Below the pieces are notes generated by a model. That model ran no database searches and was not told the DNA's origin. It worked only from the letters and a program-made list of their open reading frames with translations. The position numbers were made by a program, and so were the translations under genes. A DNA stretch of 64,000 nucleotides from positions 61,633 through 125,632 of the forward strand of contig JAJOLD010000001.1 in the NCBI GenBank assembly GCA_021129515.1, written 5' to 3'. Shown here one piece after another: positions 50,502-60,583 of the stretch; within the stretch, counting starts at the first letter, position 1; the number at the start of each line of letters is the position of its first letter. The DNA is from Minisyncoccota bacterium (GTDB taxonomy: Bacteria; Patescibacteriota; Minisyncoccia; Phycocordibacterales; UBA918).

Positions 50502-50912
50502 ATGAATGATGATGAATTGCGGCAACATAACGAACAATGTTTTGAAGTGTCACAAGGACCGCTACGTGGATTCATTGATTATACTGAGCAGTTTGCGGCA
50601 TTTCTGTATGCGGTTCTCTTAATACAGAAGGACAGTGAGACATGGGATCAGCTTGTGTCTTATCTGCAAAAGGAATGCCCAAACGGTTATCTCTCATTCA
50701 GAAACTATACGATTTGTGCAGTTAAGCGGTGTACTGCTGAGGTATACATCGCTGGACATCCAGAACTGGAAGACAACATGCAGATGCAAAATCTCATCCT
50801 AGGTGATATTGAGCATCATGAAGTGAAGGTGTTTGTGTGCACTGAAAAATATTTGTCAGTGAGAACCATGCCTATATCAGTCTACGAAGCGGCGTCGCAT
50901 AGCGATGCTTAA
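50502..50912 (+). CDS. Hypothetical orphan protein
   Basis: GAGG SD before ATG 50502; 136 aa; terminator-like hairpin follows. Confidence 0.55.
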   Translation: MNDDELRQHNEQCFEVSQGPLRGFIDYTEQFAAFLYAVLLIQKDSETWDQLVSYLQKECPNGYLSFRNYTICAVKRCTAEVYIAGHPELEDNMQMQNLILGDIEHHEVKVFVCTEKYLSVRTMPISVYEAASHSDA

Positions 50913-50952
50913 AATAAAAAGAGTCTGCAACAGCTGTTGCAGACTCTCTGTG

Positions 50953-51441
50953 TTATAGAAAGAAAAGTCCAAGAAGGGGCAACAGCATCCACCAGAAGAA
51001 GTGTGCCTCAGACGCAAAGAGTGTATGAATTGGTGAACCGGGCGTAATAAGGTCGGTAACCGGGAGTACATGATAGCTATATGCCATCACAAGCACTGAC
51101 GCCATGATTGCGAACAGTGCTTTTTTTCCAAAACCTTCAAAGGCGGTTTCATCAGGATCAATGGGCATCAAGCGACCAAACAACATCGTGCTCAAGATGG
51201 TAAAGACTGCAAAGATAATAATCATGATAATCGAGTCACTCGACTGGTCCCCCACCTCTCCACTTAAGAATGATTCAAAGTATGGAAATTCAAGTGTAAT
51301 GAGGAGTGCGACATAGAGTCCCAAAATTAAGTTAATGAGCGACTGCCGCCCACGAATCATTGCAAACATCATGAATGCACAAAACACCAAAATCAGAAAT
51401 AATGATTCATGCAAAAAGCTAACCAATGTTGCTGTGTCCAT
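50953..51441 (-). CDS. Hypothetical multi-TM membrane protein (CvpA-like topology)
   Basis: Four to five hydrophobic segments. Confidence 0.75.
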   Translation of the reverse strand: MDTATLVSFLHESLFLILVFCAFMMFAMIRGRQSLINLILGLYVALLITLEFPYFESFLSGEVGDQSSDSIIMIIIFAVFTILSTMLFGRLMPIDPDETAFEGFGKKALFAIMASVLVMAYSYHVLPVTDLITPGSPIHTLFASEAHFFWWMLLPLLGLFFL

Positions 51442-51494
51442 AACGACATTATATGGTCATGAAACCAAATTTTCTTATAAGCCTCGGGATAAGA

Positions 51495-51517
51495 ATACAG
51501 GGGTCGGACCCCTGTAT
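51495..51517. repeat. REP family B, upstream flank of RAYT-2
   Basis: ATACAGGGGTC-G-GACCCCTGTAT, 4 nt upstream of a TATACT box. Confidence 0.9.
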
Positions 51518-51533
51518 AGGATATACTAAAATC

Positions 51534-52157
51534 ATGCCAAGAAATCTTACTCCCCTTATTACGGGCGAAACATACCATATATACAATAGAGGTACTGAGA
51601 AGAGAAATATTTTCTGTGATAAGCAAGATTACCTCAGGTTTTATGCATCATTAGACCGTTTCAATATTGAAGAACCAGTTTTGAGCTTGCGGGATGCGAA
51701 AAGAAATAGTGATACAGATATCAAGCGTCTTGTTTCTATATCTGCATATTGCTTACTTCCAAATCATTTCCATCTTATGATGACTCAGTTATTGGATGGC
51801 GGTATTAGTGAATTCTTAAAAAGAGTCACTGGTGGTTACAGTGGCTATTTTAATGAAAAAAACAATCGTTCAGGCTCTCTATTTCAAGGTAAATTTAAAC
51901 GCATTCATGTAGATAGTGAAGCATACAGGCAATATTTGCTTGTATACATCAATGAAAATCATCATGTACATAAACTTGATGGTGTTTGTGATATATATCA
52001 TACAAGTTCCGTGCATTATCAGGGTCTCAAGCGCAGTAATCTTATTCAAGACAGTCATATCGAAAAATATTCAACACAAGAAGCCAAAAAGTTGGCAGCT
52101 GATATATACCAAAGACGAAATGCTGAAAAGAAACTACTTCAAGTCTTAGGTGAATAA
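51534..52157 (+). mobile_element. REP-associated tyrosine transposase (RAYT, Y1 HUH family), copy 2
   Basis: YHIYNRG, YCLLPNHFHL (intact HUH), YFNEKNNRSGSLFQGKFK, YINENH; AT-rich; identical REPs on both sides. Confidence 0.93.
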
Positions 52158-52163
52158 ATACAC

Positions 52164-52188
52164 TATACAGGGGTCGGACCCCTGTATA
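52164..52188. repeat. REP family B, downstream flank of RAYT-2
   Basis: TATACAGGGGTC-G-GACCCCTGTATA. Confidence 0.9.
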
Positions 52189-52204
52189 CAGGCTTGTGTG
52201 TATG

Positions 52205-52621
52205 TTACATGCGATTTATTGCATAGGTTGTGGCGTCCTGTACGTGTTTAAATCTATCTCCCATAAGCTTGATGCCACCAAACCAGCGGGTGACACAGAC
52301 GACACAGTTTGAGACATCTTGTTTTTGCATAATGCGGAGAATGACCATACCGGCACCGGTCTCACCGTCGTCATTCTTTGTTTCAAAAATAGCTCCATCT
52401 TTGCTAATACGTGCTGCCCATGAGTTGTGTGTTGCTTTTGCGTACTTTTTGTTTTGTTTGAGTGTTTTGAGGAATTGTTTGATATCTTCCCCACCTTCGA
52501 CTCTTCCGATACTCACAGAATAGATACTGCCACGGTCTTTGATAATCTTTTCATACAGCACAAAAGAACCTTGCGGTTCTTTTGTGTCTCCAAAATCAAA
52601 TTGTGTGTTTTGCTTGGGCAT
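52205..52621 (-). CDS. YigZ/IMPACT family protein (N-terminal domain only)
   Basis: DRGS, ATHNSWA, DDGETGAG, VTRWFGGIKL. Confidence 0.92.
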   Translation of the reverse strand: MPKQNTQFDFGDTKEPQGSFVLYEKIIKDRGSIYSVSIGRVEGGEDIKQFLKTLKQNKKYAKATHNSWAARISKDGAIFETKNDDGETGAGMVILRIMQKQDVSNCVVCVTRWFGGIKLMGDRFKHVQDATTYAINRM

Positions 52622-52653
52622 GATGTGACTATGGAGATGTAAGTGGTCGCTCT

Positions 52654-52728
52654 CTGGATTGCCTGCCTGTGCATGTTCACATGCAATCGGGCTTGTCACT
52701 TCACTTCGTTTCGCTCCTCGCAATGACG
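52654..52728 (-). repeat. Family-D element with nested insertion
   Basis: Reverse complement CGTCATTGCGAGGAGCGAAACGAAGTGAAGTGACAAGC[CCGATTGCATGTGAACATGCACAGGCAGGC]AATCCAG. Confidence 0.75.
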
Positions 52729-52733
52729 GTAGG

Positions 52734-53798
52734 CTATATTCCTTCATTTCGTAAGTCCTCCACGAGCTTTTTTGCTTTCCGTGACAGTTTCTGTGGAATA
52801 TCGATTGCAACCTTAACCATGAAGTCGCCGCGTTTGCCCTGTACAGGCACCCCCTTTCCTTTGATGCGGAGCATTTCTCCATGACTGATGCCTGCAGGTA
52901 TCTTGATAGTCACTTCTCCATCGAGGGTCTCTACAGCGTATGAGCTGCCGAGTATTGCATCAGATAGTTTTACGCGGAGTGGGCTGATGAGCGTTGCACC
53001 TTCGCGTTTGATGCTCTCGTGTGGTGCAACGTGAATCTTTACATAGAGATCGCCCGGTGTACCGCCAGGCACTGCTTCTCCATGTCCGGTAAGGCGGACC
53101 ATTTCACCATGTTCGATGCCTGCTGGGATGTTGATTTGTACCTCGTCATCACTACGGCGCACGCCAGTTCCAGAACAGTTTGCACAGACCTCCTTCGGAA
53201 TCTGTCCCTTGCCGTGACACTTGCTACATTCGCGAACGGTCGCAAAATTCCCCATGATACTCTGACGCACTTCACGTATTTTTCCATTTCCGTTACACAC
53301 GTCGCAGGTAGTCGTCTCAGATGGGTTTTTTGCTCCTGTTCCGTTACAGGTCGTACATTCGTTGTTCTTGGTGAGCTTGAGTGAACGCTTGGTACCAAAC
53401 ACTGCTTCTTTGAATGAAAGCTCAATATCGACAGAGATATCGTTACCCCGCGCACGACCGCCTCCTCGCCCGCCACCAAACATATCACCAAAGTTCTCAA
53501 AGATGTCGTTAATATCAAACTCAACGCCACCTTGTCCTCCCTGGAATCCGCCAAAGCCACCGAAGCCTGCACCTGGTCCACCTGCAGCCCCGTTGTATGA
53601 ACGACCATAGGTATCGTACTCGGCACGTTTTTTGTCATCAGAGAGCACTGAGTATGCCTCGCTGATTTCTTTGAACTTGGCTTCGTCTCCCGTTTTTTTG
53701 TCAGGGTGGTACTTACCGGCGAGTTTGCGAAAGGCCTTCTTCACGTCAGTCTTCGACGCGCTTTTTTCGACACCAAGAATTTGATAGTAGTCCTTCAT
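52734..53798 (-). CDS. dnaJ: Chaperone DnaJ
   Basis: HPD J-domain, G/F region, four CxxCxGxG motifs. Confidence 0.98.
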   Translation of the reverse strand: MKDYYQILGVEKSASKTDVKKAFRKLAGKYHPDKKTGDEAKFKEISEAYSVLSDDKKRAEYDTYGRSYNGAAGGPGAGFGGFGGFQGGQGGVEFDINDIFENFGDMFGGGRGGGRARGNDISVDIELSFKEAVFGTKRSLKLTKNNECTTCNGTGAKNPSETTTCDVCNGNGKIREVRQSIMGNFATVRECSKCHGKGQIPKEVCANCSGTGVRRSDDEVQINIPAGIEHGEMVRLTGHGEAVPGGTPGDLYVKIHVAPHESIKREGATLISPLRVKLSDAILGSSYAVETLDGEVTIKIPAGISHGEMLRIKGKGVPVQGKRGDFMVKVAIDIPQKLSRKAKKLVEDLRNEGI

Positions 53799-53900
53799 CC
53801 CGTTAGAGTTTATTAATGATAATTCTATGTCACTATAACACTTCCTTCACAACTAAGTTCTTTGTACCAGAATACTCTTTTTTATAAACTCTAACGGGAT
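53797..53900. mobile_element. 104-bp MITE-like element with 17-bp perfect terminal inverted repeats
   Basis: ATCCCGTTAGAGTTTAT (53797-813) and ATAAACTCTAACGGGAT (53884-900); a further end copy at 53956-971. Confidence 0.7.
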
Positions 53901-53981
53901 TCATCCCTGGCACTATAGAGTTTAGTTTACAATCCAAGCAAATGAACGCCTTTATCTCTAACGGGATTCATTGTTCAAATA

Positions 53982-55901
53982 CTATTTTGAATCGTCAGTT
54001 TTCTCTTCGTCAGTCACTTCTGCGTCACGCACAGCATCCTCTGATTGTGGAGCTTCCTGCGTGTCAGCATCTGCCTCTGGTGCGGCTCCTGCATCACCTC
54101 CCTGCTGTTGCATGGCCTCACCAATCTTTTGCATTTCGGTTGAGAGTGTTTCGGTTGCTGTGGTGATTGCGTCCTTGTCGTCTTTGTCTTTCACCTCTTT
54201 TACACCAGCAATCGCTTTTTCGACTGCTTCTTTCACGTCGTCACCGATTTTATCCTTGTGGTCAGTCAGCGACTTCTCTGCAGTGTAGATGAGCTGCTCT
54301 GCAATATTGCGCGTCTCGATGAGCTCTTTCTTCTTCTCATCTTCACCTGCATGCTCTTCAGCTTCCTGCTTCATGCGTTCGATATCGTCTTCTGAAAGAC
54401 CTGAGTTAGCTTCGATGCGGATTGACTGCTCTTTTCCGGTTGACTTGTCTTTTGCAGTTACATTGAGCACTCCGTTTGAGTCAACGTCGAAGGTTACCTC
54501 AATCTGTGGCACGCCGCGTGGTGCTGGTGGAATACCATCGAGCACAAAGCGTCCAAGTGACTTGTTGTCAGTCGCCATCGGTCGTTCTCCTTGGGTGATG
54601 TGAATCTCAGTACTGGTTTGGTTGTCAGCTGCGGTTGAGAACACCTGCTCTTTCTTGGTTGGGATGTGGGTGTTCTTGTCGATAAGTTTTGTTGCAACAC
54701 CACCCATAGTTTCAATGCCGAGTGAGAGTGGAATCACATCAACAAGCGTGATGTCCTGTACGTCGCCCTGGAGTACACCTGCCTGAATTGCCGCTCCTTG
54801 TGCAACCACTTCGTCAGGGTTAATGCTCTTGTTTGGCTCTTTACCAAAGAGTTCTTTTACTGCCTCCTGGATACGTGGCATACGAGTCTGTCCACCAACG
54901 AGAATGACTTCGTTGATTTCTTCCTTTGAGAATGATGATGCCTCGATTGCGCGCTTGGTGATTTCGATTGAGCGGTCGATGTATTCTGCTGAAAGCTCTT
55001 CAAGCTTCGCTCGAGTGAGGGTAAGAATAAGGTTCTTCGGTCCATCTTCACCGTAGGTAATGAATGGAATCTGAATTTCAGTCTCAGGTGTTGCTGAGAG
55101 CTCCAGTTTTGCTTTCTCAGCAGCGTCGTCGAGTCGCTGGAGTGCGAGTGGGTCCTTTCCAAGGTCGATACCTTCTTCTTTTTTAAATTCTTCAATAAGG
55201 TGTCGCACGATAGCACGGTCGATATCACGACCACCCATATGTGAGTCACCGTCAGTAGACTGCACCTCAACCACGTCGTCACCAACTTCAAGTACGGTCA
55301 CGTCAAAGGTGCCACCACCGAAGTCGTACACCACAATCTTTTCGTCTTTCTTTTTGTTGAATCCGTATGAAAGTGCCGCTGCAGTTGGTTCGTTGATGAT
55401 GCGCTTTACGTCGAGCCCTGCAATTTTCCCTGCATCCTGTGTTGCCTTTCGCTGTGCGTCGTTGAAGTATGCTGGTACAGTAATCACCGCTTCAGTAATC
55501 TTCTCACCAGTCTTTGCCTCAGCATCAGCTTTGAGCTTTGAGAGAATCATTGCTGATACCTCTTCTGGGCGGTACTCCTTCTCACCCATGACCACAATAG
55601 CACCACCATCCTCGCCCTTCTTGATTTCAAATGGCACGATATCCTGATCGTCTTGTACAGACTTGTCATCAAAATTGTGCCCCATAAGGCGCTTAATGCC
55701 GTAGATAGTATTTTGTGGGTTGGTTTCAGCTTGTCGCTTCGCGATTTGCCCAACGAGCCGCTCGTTCTTCTTTGAAATTGCAACGATAGAAGGCGTTGTT
55801 CGATTACCTTCTGCGTTTTCAATGATTGTTGGTTCACCACCGTCAACAATAGCCATTGCTGAGTTGGTGGTTCCAAGGTCGATTCCTAAAATTTTTGCCA
55901 T
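53982..55901 (-). CDS. dnaK: Chaperone DnaK
   Basis: [33 protein letters not shown]. Confidence 0.99.
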   Translation of the reverse strand: MAKILGIDLGTTNSAMAIVDGGEPTIIENAEGNRTTPSIVAISKKNERLVGQIAKRQAETNPQNTIYGIKRLMGHNFDDKSVQDDQDIVPFEIKKGEDGGAIVVMGEKEYRPEEVSAMILSKLKADAEAKTGEKITEAVITVPAYFNDAQRKATQDAGKIAGLDVKRIINEPTAAALSYGFNKKKDEKIVVYDFGGGTFDVTVLEVGDDVVEVQSTDGDSHMGGRDIDRAIVRHLIEEFKKEEGIDLGKDPLALQRLDDAAEKAKLELSATPETEIQIPFITYGEDGPKNLILTLTRAKLEELSAEYIDRSIEITKRAIEASSFSKEEINEVILVGGQTRMPRIQEAVKELFGKEPNKSINPDEVVAQGAAIQAGVLQGDVQDITLVDVIPLSLGIETMGGVATKLIDKNTHIPTKKEQVFSTAADNQTSTEIHITQGERPMATDNKSLGRFVLDGIPPAPRGVPQIEVTFDVDSNGVLNVTAKDKSTGKEQSIRIEANSGLSEDDIERMKQEAEEHAGEDEKKKELIETRNIAEQLIYTAEKSLTDHKDKIGDDVKEAVEKAIAGVKEVKDKDDKDAITTATETLSTEMQKIGEAMQQQGGDAGAAPEADADTQEAPQSEDAVRDAEVTDEEKTDDSK

Positions 55902-55908
55902 ACGTTTG

Positions 55909-56484
55909 TTATGAGTTACTTATGATTACTTTTGCTGGACGAATAATAGTGCCGTTTCGTTCGTAGCCGTATTGGATGACTTTCAGTACCGTATCTTTTG
56001 GTGCATCAGCATTTTCTTCAATCTTCATTGCCTCGTGACGCTCTGGGTCGAATACCTCTCCTTCTGGATGTATTTCGGTGACACCGTGCATGGTGAGAAT
56101 ATTCTTCAGTTGTGCATGGATTCCCTCTACGCCGACACGCCAGTTCTTGTCGACTGCCTCCCAGGCTTCTTTGTTTGCCATTGCCATGGTGAAGCTGTCG
56201 CACAGTGGCAGGAGGTCTTGAATAAATCCTTCGGTAATACGTTCGGTGTCACGCGAGAGCTGTTCTTCCAGTCGTTTCTTGCTGTTGAGGAAGTCTGCTT
56301 TCGTGCGCTGGAGATTTTCGAGGTGTTGCATTTTTTCCTCCTCACAGACTTTGAGCTTTTCACGCAAGGCCTTCATTTTATCGCCTGATTGTGCTTCTTC
56401 CTCTTCTAATTCGAGTTCGGGAGGAGCTTGGTCTTCCGTTTCGGGAATAAATTCCTCCTCGTCAAGGTGCTTTTCTTCTTTCAT
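55909..56484 (-). CDS. grpE: Nucleotide exchange factor GrpE
   Basis: [19 protein letters not shown]....IIRPAKV. Confidence 0.96.
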   Translation of the reverse strand: MKEEKHLDEEEFIPETEDQAPPELELEEEEAQSGDKMKALREKLKVCEEEKMQHLENLQRTKADFLNSKKRLEEQLSRDTERITEGFIQDLLPLCDSFTMAMANKEAWEAVDKNWRVGVEGIHAQLKNILTMHGVTEIHPEGEVFDPERHEAMKIEENADAPKDTVLKVIQYGYERNGTIIRPAKVIISNS

Positions 56485-56718
56485 AGTGAACAACATTATA
56501 AATGGAAAAGAGTGTTGTGTAAAGAGAATTTTAGGGCTTGTATAAAGGGTATAATAGTGATGTAAAGATTCCTGGTTATTTAGGCGCCGCCGCGCTTGCT
56601 TATTAACCAACTGTGCTCGTGCTACGAGAACAGTTAAACCAATAAAAAATATTACAACTTATTTTGTGATTAAAAAACCCTGAAATTTTATTTCGGGGGG
56701 TTAATAGAGCTACACACA

Positions 56719-56982
56719 TCAATCAAAGAATTCGTCAGCGGGCTCTATATTGAGCTCTACTACCATCTTAATAATCTCATTCCGAGTAACTAATTGTGGA
56801 ATCAGTGATTCATGACCAAGATACATGGGCGAATATATATAGTTCCTTGCTCGTCTTTGTTTCCGAATGAACTCAGGTATTACTTCGTCTACGGGTATAT
56901 TTTGCGTATTTGCAATCAATTGCTTGAACAAAGGTTCAAGGTCAGTACCCGAATATTACTGAATAATTTCTAGGTTTGTCAC
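56719..56982 (-). pseudogene. Orphan ORF with in-frame TAA at codon 9
   Basis: AAGGAG SD and GTG 56982 in frame with track ORF 56719..56931, but GTG ACA AAC CTA GAA ATT ATT CAG TAA. Confidence 0.45.
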
Positions 56983-57061
56983 TGCTTGTCTCCTTTGGAA
57001 CGAAATCAAACTTTCAACTACCATATCTGCATATAAAGTGCATGATATTTTTTATCGTTTA

Positions 57062-57350
57062 CCTCACAAGTTGCTAACTATTTTAAGAAACTGCGTTTTT
57101 AAAATAGTAAGTACTCGCGAGCCCGCCTCGCGGTTCGTCGCCCTAGGTTAGGGGCGACTCACAACGCTCCGGCCGTCGAAACTAAAAAAAGCCGCGAAGG
57201 CGGCTTTTTTTAACGCTTTGGCGTCAGGTTTGTAACTCGCTGCGCTCCTAACAACCTCCTGCCCGGGCTCGCTCGTTTCGGCATGTAGGAATAGCCGAAA
57301 CATTGCTCCGCCTGTCCAAGCTAAAAAAGAGCCCGCAGGGGCTCTTTTTC
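57062..57350 (-). repeat. Two tandem structured modules (terminator plus covarying multi-hairpin) downstream of rpsI
   Basis: Units share GGAGC..TGT[hairpin]GCGAG.C.GG.....GAG.T[hairpin]; each is preceded by AAGCGTTAA + terminator + TTTTTTTAG. Confidence 0.7.
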
Positions 57351-57752
57351 TTAACGCTTGGACCACTGTCCGCTCTTTCGAGCTTTCTTGAGACCAAATT
57401 TCTTTCGTTCTACTGAGCGTGGGTCTCGCTTGAGGAATCCTGCTTTCTTGAGTGGGACACGTCGTTCTGCGTCTTCTTTCACGAGTGCGCGCGCAATACC
57501 GAGTCGAATTGCTTCTGCTTGTGAAGAGAGTCCGCCGCCATGCACCTTTGCAGTAATGGTGTATGTGCCTGCAGCTGCATCTTCAGTATCAAGTACTGAA
57601 AGGACATCTTTCTGGAGTGCCTCAGCTGCAAAGTATTCTGCAAGCGCTTTGTCGTTTACGAGGATTGACTGCTCTTTCGCAGGAGTAATACGAACGCGTG
57701 CTGATGCGGTCTTTCGTCGTCCGATTCCCTCAATGTATTGTGTCGTTGCCAT
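57351..57752 (-). CDS. rpsI: 30S ribosomal protein S9
   Basis: GRRKTASARV, GGGLSSQA, RDPRSVERKK, QWSKR. Confidence 0.98.
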   Translation of the reverse strand: MATTQYIEGIGRRKTASARVRITPAKEQSILVNDKALAEYFAAEALQKDVLSVLDTEDAAAGTYTITAKVHGGGLSSQAEAIRLGIARALVKEDAERRVPLKKAGFLKRDPRSVERKKFGLKKARKSGQWSKR

Positions 57753-57766
57753 ATATTAATAAATGA

Positions 57767-58117
57767 TTACTCGGTTACTTCTAGATTATGCATACGAAGC
57801 TTCTGAAGCTTGTTCTTAGGAAGCATGCCGTTTACTACGCGACGTACTACCTCAGCGTATCCTCGTCGTGCTGCGAGGTGTCCGAGGGTTTCTTCCTTGC
57901 GTCCCCCTGGGTATCCAGAATAGGTCTGAAATACTTCAGTCGCTCGTTTTTCTGAGATATCAAGCTTGCTTGCGTTCTCGATTTTGACCGTTACAGGTGC
58001 AACTACATTTTTTGCAAACTCAGGAGTATCTTTCCCAATGAGTATAGTTGCAGCTTCAGTTGCTACACGACCAAGTCGCTTCCCTGTTGCGTCGATGATG
58101 TGTTCTCGTGTTTCCAT
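57767..58117 (-). CDS. rplM: 50S ribosomal protein L13 (short form)
   Basis: IDATGKRLGRVA, SGYPGG, VNGMLPKNKL. Confidence 0.96.
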   Translation of the reverse strand: METREHIIDATGKRLGRVATEAATILIGKDTPEFAKNVVAPVTVKIENASKLDISEKRATEVFQTYSGYPGGRKEETLGHLAARRGYAEVVRRVVNGMLPKNKLQKLRMHNLEVTE

Positions 58118-58121
58118 ATAC

Positions 58122-58475
58122 CTATACAAATTCGATAACTGCCTCCTCACGTCCGGCAGGAGTTGAACCAGTCTTAATGATACGGGTGTAGCCACCGTCT
58201 CGATCCTTATAATTCACTGCAATCTCATCAAAGAGTTTTTTAATAACATCGCTCCGTGGTTCACCAAGCTTTGTTGCAGCGTTTCGACGTGCAGCAACAG
58301 TTCCTTGCTTTCCATAGGTGACGAGTCGTTCTACGTATGGACGAAGTTCTTTTGCCTTTGCCTTCGTAGTCTGAATCTTTCCGTGTTCAATCAACGAGAT
58401 TGCAAGGGTGCGCAAAAGTGCTGTACGTCCACGACGGGTTCGTCCGAATATTCTGTTTTTATTATGGTGACGCAT
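58122..58475 (-). CDS. rplQ: 50S ribosomal protein L17
   Basis: MRH, IQTTKAKAKELR, GGYTRIIK. Confidence 0.98.
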   Translation of the reverse strand: MRHHNKNRIFGRTRRGRTALLRTLAISLIEHGKIQTTKAKAKELRPYVERLVTYGKQGTVAARRNAATKLGEPRSDVIKKLFDEIAVNYKDRDGGYTRIIKTGSTPAGREEAVIEFV

Positions 58476-58498
58476 AATGCTTAGTAATCAGTTAGAGC

Positions 58499-59461
58499 TT
58501 AATCTTTGAGCTGGATACCCATATCCTTAAGGAGCACTTCAATCTCTTCAAGTCCTTTGTCTCCAATACCGTCGAGCGCAAGAATATCATCTTTTTTCTT
58601 TCGCACAAGTCCTCCGACAGTGCGGATGTTTGCATGTTCAAGTGCTGCAAGGGTTCGACCCGACAGGTCAAGTGTTTCGATGCGTGTTTTGAGCGCGTCA
58701 GAATCCACTTCTTGCTCCTCAGCTTCAGCCGCTTCGGGAAGTACTTCTTCTTCTGGCTCAGGAGTATCTTCTTGGAATCCAATCACTGCTTTGAGCTGGT
58801 GAATCATGATTTCAATAGAATTTTCAAGCGCTTCACGAGGTGTGAGTGTGCCGTCAGTTTCCACAAATACACGCAGACGGTTGTAATCAGTACGGTCGCT
58901 GACACGCATGTTCTCTACTTCGTAGTTTACGCGGCGGATTGGGGTAAACACGGCATCAAGGGCAATAGTACCGATTTCAACTTTGTCCTTCTGGTGTACT
59001 TCGCGTGGCACGTAGCCGAGTCCTTGCTCAACCGTCATCTCAACTTCAAGCTTAGTGCTTTTGTTGGTGATTTCTGCGATTGGCTGTTCTGGGTTCAACA
59101 CCTCGATTTGTGATGGCGCTTCAATCTGTGCAGCCGTTACTACTCCCTGACCGTTTGCCTTAAGCGTCATGGTCACAGGCTCATCGCCATGCATTGCGAT
59201 ACGAACACGCTTGAGGTTAAGCAGCATAGTAATAACATCCTCCTTTACACCTGCAAGGGTGGCAAATTCGTGCTCTGCACCATCAATTTTTACCTGCGTA
59301 ATTGCAGCACCCGGAAGTGATGAAAGAATGATACGACGAAGTGAATTACCGAGGGTATGTCCGTACCCTGGGTAGAGCCCGTCAATTTCAAACGTTCCCT
59401 GAAATTTATCTTCAGATACAACTCGTGGCTTTGATGGTAGTGTTACATTTGTCTCAAGCAT
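58499..59461 (-). CDS. rpoA: RNA polymerase alpha subunit
   Basis: GYGHTLGNSLRRIILSS, HEF, DAVFTP, alpha-CTD. Confidence 0.98.
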   Translation of the reverse strand: MLETNVTLPSKPRVVSEDKFQGTFEIDGLYPGYGHTLGNSLRRIILSSLPGAAITQVKIDGAEHEFATLAGVKEDVITMLLNLKRVRIAMHGDEPVTMTLKANGQGVVTAAQIEAPSQIEVLNPEQPIAEITNKSTKLEVEMTVEQGLGYVPREVHQKDKVEIGTIALDAVFTPIRRVNYEVENMRVSDRTDYNRLRVFVETDGTLTPREALENSIEIMIHQLKAVIGFQEDTPEPEEEVLPEAAEAEEQEVDSDALKTRIETLDLSGRTLAALEHANIRTVGGLVRKKKDDILALDGIGDKGLEEIEVLLKDMGIQLKD

Positions 59462-59500
59462 AGTAATTGCTAATTAGTGGTGAATAATAATTGGTTCCTA

Positions 59501-60109
59501 CTATCGGCTATAGTACTCAAGTACTTGCTGTGGATCGAACTGTGTTTCTGAAGGTTCGTATGTCGGCATATCTTTCATTTCTCCAGAGAGTTTCTTCAAG
59601 TCAAAACCGAGCCAGTTTGGCACACCTGCTGCTTCATGCGTATCAACAAGTGTTGCAAAGAGTGGAGATTCTACACTACGAGCTCGTACCGCAACGGTAT
59701 CGCCTACGCGCACTTTGTGTGATGGTACTTTTACACGCTTTCCATTTACGTCGATATGTCCATGTGCAACGATTTGTCGTGCAGCCTGACGAGTCTTTGC
59801 GAGCCCGAGGCGGAATATAACGTTATCAAGACGTGATTCAAGTCGACCAACAAGCAAGGTAACTGGCTGATGACTCTTTGCAGTTGCTTCATCAACATAG
59901 CGGCGGAGCTGCTTTTCTGAGATACCGTAGGTAAAGCGCATCTTTTGTTTTTCGATAAGCTGACGCTTATAGTCACTCATCTGACCAGGACGCTTGCGGT
60001 TGGTACGACCAGAGCGCTGCTCTGAAAGTGCAAATTTTGCAGTTTGTGTTTTTGCAAAGATTGGTGCGCCAAGACGCTTTGCAATTTTATATTTTGGACC
60101 AATTATCAT
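59501..60109 (-). CDS. rpsD: 30S ribosomal protein S4 (Cys-free type)
   Basis: EKQKMR, LESRLDNVIFRLG, ARQIVAHGH, EYYSR. Confidence 0.98.
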   Translation of the reverse strand: MIIGPKYKIAKRLGAPIFAKTQTAKFALSEQRSGRTNRKRPGQMSDYKRQLIEKQKMRFTYGISEKQLRRYVDEATAKSHQPVTLLVGRLESRLDNVIFRLGLAKTRQAARQIVAHGHIDVNGKRVKVPSHKVRVGDTVAVRARSVESPLFATLVDTHEAAGVPNWLGFDLKKLSGEMKDMPTYEPSETQFDPQQVLEYYSR

Positions 60110-60122
60110 AATGCATTAATTA

Positions 60123-60554
60123 CTACACGCGACGCTCTTTCGGTGCACGAGGACCGTTAAATGGTACCGGTGTATGATCAGTAATCTTAGTAATAGCAAT
60201 ACCTTTTCCAGCAAATGCTCGAAGTGCAGACTCACGACCCGGACCTACACCACGTACAACAATAGTTGCCTCCTTCATACCCATCTGCTGTGCTTTTTCA
60301 CCGATTACTTCACCCACCTTTGCAGCTGCAAACGGTGTACTCTTTCGAGACCCCTTGAAGCCAAGCGCGCCGCTTGACGCAGCAATAATCGCATTTCCTT
60401 TTGTGTCTGCAAGCGTGAGGATGGTGTTATTAAATGTTGCAAGAATATTAAGTGTACCTGCTGCAACTTTCTTTTTTGGTACACGAGTAAGGGCACGTGA
60501 TGTACCTGCCACGTCAGAACCGCCCTTTTTCTTTATGATTCGTTTCTTACCCAT
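60123..60554 (-). CDS. rpsK: 30S ribosomal protein S11
   Basis: TFNNTI, GFKGSRKSTPFAA, GPGRE, TPVPFNG. Confidence 0.98.
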   Translation of the reverse strand: MGKKRIIKKKGGSDVAGTSRALTRVPKKKVAAGTLNILATFNNTILTLADTKGNAIIAASSGALGFKGSRKSTPFAAAKVGEVIGEKAQQMGMKEATIVVRGVGPGRESALRAFAGKGIAITKITDHTPVPFNGPRAPKERRV

Positions 60555-60583
60555 AGGAATGTTGAATATCTAGATAGCAAATA

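Noticed and set aside
32514-52157. IS200/IS605 elements with TnpB/omega-RNA
   Set aside because: No tnpB next to either Y1 transposase; the ~207-aa length, LFQGRFK motif and paired palindromes fit RAYT better
52205-52882. 225-aa extended YigZ ORF from the track
   Set aside because: The extension overlaps dnaJ and reads through a family-D repeat; the likely start is ATG 52621
56485-56720. CIRCE/HrcA regulation of grpE-dnaK-dnaJ
   Set aside because: No TTAGCACTC-N9-GAGTGCTAA seen and no hrcA upstream
57148-57366. 72-aa ORF downstream of rpsI
   Set aside because: Runs through two terminators and the structured repeats; a non-coding explanation fits better
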